A stretch of DNA of 19,743 nucleotides, taken from contig JAKSDA010000576.1 in assembly GCA_022360315.1 (NCBI GenBank), forward strand, positions 1-19,743. Direction: 5' to 3'. Below the pieces are notes generated by a model. That model saw nothing but the letters and a program-made list of their open reading frames with translations. It did not search any database and was not told the DNA's origin. Position numbers and translations under genes: made by a program. This document shows positions 18,201 to 19,743 of this stretch, one piece after another (the stretch's first letter is position 1; each line of letters starts with the position of its first letter). The stretch comes from Pseudomonadota bacterium. GTDB taxonomy: Bacteria > Myxococcota_A > Polyangia > Haliangiales > Haliangiaceae.

Positions 18201-18726
18201 ACTGTCCGGGGGCAAAGTGCACATCCGCGCCCTGAGTGTACGCTTGGGCGCCGATGGCCGGGGCGTGTGGCCCCTGGTGAACGCGTACTGCGGAAAAGTC
18301 GGCGGCAAACGCGGCCTCCATCTTGGCTTGGACGTCGGCCGGCAGTTTACTACCCGTTCCACCTGTTGAGGCAGGTGAATCCGGTCGCTCTGCGGGCTCT
18401 ACGGTTTTTCTCTTAGCCTGAATGGGCCCGTAGTACGGAGGTGCCGAGGTGCCGATTTCGTCATAACTAGCTCGTAATAAAGGGCTTTGGTAAAGGCCGG
18501 GACGCAACGCCACGTCGGTCCAATCTTCAATCAAGCCCGTCCCATGATGCGTCGGTGATTGCGCCCCCGATGATTGCTTGCGTTGCACCGGTGCAAAAAG
18601 ACGAGCCTCTGGAAGAGGCAGCTTGCTCGTCAATGTCCTCTTCCCCTGGGCAACTGAATGTCGCGAGGCTCCTACGCCTATGTCGTGTGTCGTGCGCGCA
18701 TGCTTGTCGTGACGGTGACGTGTCAT
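15286..18726 (-). CDS. Large multidomain protein: N-terminal DUF4157 (eCIS/polymorphic-toxin-associated zincin-like HExxH domain), central domain of unknown function, C-terminal tandem ~150-aa repeats
   Basis: [49 protein letters not shown]...[15 protein letters not shown] followed by [13 protein letters not shown] is the DUF4157 signature. There is no signal peptide. Two C-terminal repeats each contain WITTLM(A/D)GSCG(D/N)DDEAAIIRI...VK(T/S)IVD.IGY...[24 protein letters not shown]. Confidence 0.85.
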   Translation of the reverse strand: MTRHRHDKHARTTHDIGVGASRHSVAQGKRTLTSKLPLPEARLFAPVQRKQSSGAQSPTHHGTGLIEDWTDVALRPGLYQSPLLRASYDEIGTSAPPYYGPIQAKRKTVEPAERPDSPASTGGTGSKLPADVQAKMEAAFAADFSAVRVHQGPHAPAIGAQAYTQGADVHFAPGQYQPHSPAGQELLGHELAHVVQQSQGRVAVTTQVDGVAVNDDASLEREADQMGARAAQGKGAGAQSAAGAPTSGLQSGGSATQKKAVIQRFESNEHKKMGDAGSGNAKIELSPGFEVSFGDITATAGDYFKSVAQIEELAGKPGDGKNCPGTRDEILYVLRVEVQGHEDEEESFGADLRRTVKKRYYEMASFNPTHFTNSERGDDALTHEQRANKRDKAGEPVNNAGSYRKNHIDAIKAAAEAGKSGDRRDRALLHEAFASHFLTDAYSGGHVRTERVSIEHWWNERVPMFWTNLHWWMAERIARYIDENNWRGDLVTVNYMWREGRTTIAKTLQDKGIPNLTFGNVISGAVHDMDNQTGVDVQVGDQIVKLFGDGEVLDKNDAPKTRGIETGKLAAAAVKVSLKDIHDAHAMGKAGQDPDAVVAALNLSDGLFRAEQLWPKALPDSAPGQAETPKWQRETVDELLRDGTMREALRVFANNKADELGKEIQMDEEYKDEALKKGVLALLKGDQSKVITTFEAVINYVPDTREPVHAGNQDPDAEPQRAENINADDNAMEYYRKARAEGALATLTTEQRHKAIQFLVSGSCADDEERAIIEMLDTATVPNMVTIVKQLGNGDVAKGIDYLDSGIDGAEWNTLCSKVLSKSPETSAHMDDNGVRAAVALSEHIDLNSEQKQAWITTLMAGSCGDDDEAAIIRIIQSSLPGDVKTIVDGIGYDKFWSKIDGAESAQMTGVLKDKGYFRSMSLETKIDWVQRMSSARTNTNAQELIMAILESSSPAEAKAIVDKVGSTSLDWDLTGSHQERFDAVRMDDDGVRAAVDAERHLTADLATKTEWITTLMDGSCGNDDEAAIIRIVESSADGDVKSIVDNIGYGQFWSKIDGAESAQMTGVLKDKGYFRVMSQSTKIHWVERMASGRTGDNAQELIVSILESADKSEVKAIIKKVGNLDWDLDGLHQDRYDALKKIHGL
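15289..16230. repeat. Intragenic tandem direct repeat, two copies of ~461-471 bp with >85% identity (runs of ~60 identical bp), plus a shorter degenerate third copy upstream (~16230-16560)
   Basis: The same DNA blocks recur at roughly 15341/15805, 15511/15972 and 15662/16133. They encode the two near-identical C-terminal protein repeats of the DUF4157 protein. Boundaries are approximate. Confidence 0.8.
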
Positions 18727-18765
18727 GAACGACCCCCCAGCGGTTGTGGCTATCCGGACTGCGAG

Positions 18766-18792
18766 AATGGATTAATGAGAATGGATTAATTG
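18766..18792. repeat. Short direct repeat GAATGGATTAAT x2 (3-nt spacer) in the lower-GC upstream region of the DUF4157 gene
   Basis: gaatggattaatgagaatggattaattgag lies directly upstream of the start of the 15286..18726 gene, inside a region of about 50% GC. Confidence 0.5.
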
Positions 18793-19522
18793 AGTGTGTT
18801 CACCTGATTACTCGTCATCTGCTCGATTCCGACCTCGGTTACGTTGATGGTTACTGTCGCCCGTATAGGAGTTCCGTCAGACAAAAACATGGAGAATTCT
18901 TAGTCCATTGACTCAATGACACCACGAAAGGGCCGAATCCTACACTACGGCAACATCACGAACGGTGGCCGCTTAGCTCCCCAAGATGTGCTCCTCTCTC
19001 AATCCTTGGCGACGCGACATCTGAGTTATTACAGGGTTTCATCGTACCGTTTCCCTTCCTGACCGTCCACCACTTTGCGTGCCATTCTGAGGAGGATTAG
19101 GGATCGCAAGCGAACATTGACGCGAATTACTGCTCAGAATTTCGCCGGATTTTGTGGTCTATTCGCTGGCAAATGCTGGTAAACCTGCGTCCAAGTCACG
19201 ACGCCTCCGGACCATCGTAGCTTCTGTCGAAAAGAATGTAGTCGATACAGGACATAAATCTACTTTGAGTGCCACCAGAGTATCAAAGCGAGACTTGCCG
19301 TATGCAGGTTATGGATGGCCCGAAGAATGGCGCATCAGTCACAATCTCGACCGATGCAGGGCACTGCGGTCGACGGATACCAGACCATTCACGAACTTGG
19401 CAAAACGGGGATGGGCGCAATCTAACTTGCGCAACACACGATTACCGATCGCAAGGCTGCCGTCAAAACGATCGGGCCGAAGTGTCCCAGCCACGAGGAT
19501 AAGAACCGCAAAGGAGTCGAGG

Positions 19523-19743
19523 ATGAGTAGCAAGAAGCGTCGTCGCCAATTCACCGCCCAGCACAAGGCAGCCATTATGAGACGAATGATGTTTGAACAG
19601 GCCGCCGTCTCGGACTTGGCCGACGAATACAAGATACAGCCAAGCCAGCTGTATCATTGGCACAAGCAAGTTCAGGACAACCTGGAAGCGGCGTTCGCGG
19701 GCGATAGGGGCAAGCGGGCGACGCAACACCAGCAAGCCCAGGA
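19523..19743 (+). mobile_element. IS3-family insertion sequence, 5' part of transposase orfA (helix-turn-helix), truncated by the window end
   Basis: AAGGAG precedes ATG 19523. The translation is MSSKKRRRQFTAQHKAAIMRRMMFEQAAVSDLADEYKIQPSQLYHWHKQVQDNLEAAFAGDRGKR. The basic N-terminus, the HTH and the ...LY.W.KQ...EAAFAG motif are characteristic of IS3/IS911-type OrfA. The left inverted repeat is probably within about 19400-19500 but I could not define it. Confidence 0.75.

Noticed and set aside
19269-19632. Small ORFs (77 aa +, 97 aa -) near the IS element
   Set aside because: They overlap or lie antisense to the IS3 orfA start region and have no coding signal. They are more likely IS terminal or untranslated sequence.

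Overview
This is a high-GC (~65-68%) bacterial chromosomal window. The GC content, lipoprotein signal peptides, a DUF4157 giant protein and an IS3 element suggest a myxobacterium or similar delta-proteobacterium, but that taxonomic guess is inference only. The first ~10 kb holds ordinary housekeeping and regulatory genes. On the minus strand these are a lipoprotein alpha-carbonic anhydrase with a poly-Asp/Gly linker, an OmpR-type response regulator and a sensor histidine kinase. They are followed by a speH-speE polyamine operon, a BtuF-like binding protein, a lipoprotein and hutF. The standout feature is a 959-aa protein at 10344..13223 (+) that is a full-length homologue of the eukaryotic major vault protein (MVP). 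It has N-terminal MVP repeats, a band-7-like shoulder, a long cap-helix coiled coil and a cap-ring tail, plus a bacterial-specific proline-rich basic insertion. An isochorismatase-family hydrolase lies 60 nt downstream of it. The 3' third of the window is an accessory-looking locus on the minus strand. It carries a 1146-aa protein with an N-terminal DUF4157 (HExxH zincin-like, extracellular contractile injection system (eCIS)/polymorphic-toxin-associated) domain, an unrecognised central domain and a near-identical ~465-bp tandem duplication at its 3' end. A co-oriented secreted protein follows it. Upstream of the giant gene is a lower-GC spacer with short direct repeats, then the start of an IS3-family transposase orfA that runs off the window. 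No rRNA, tRNA or CRISPR was seen.
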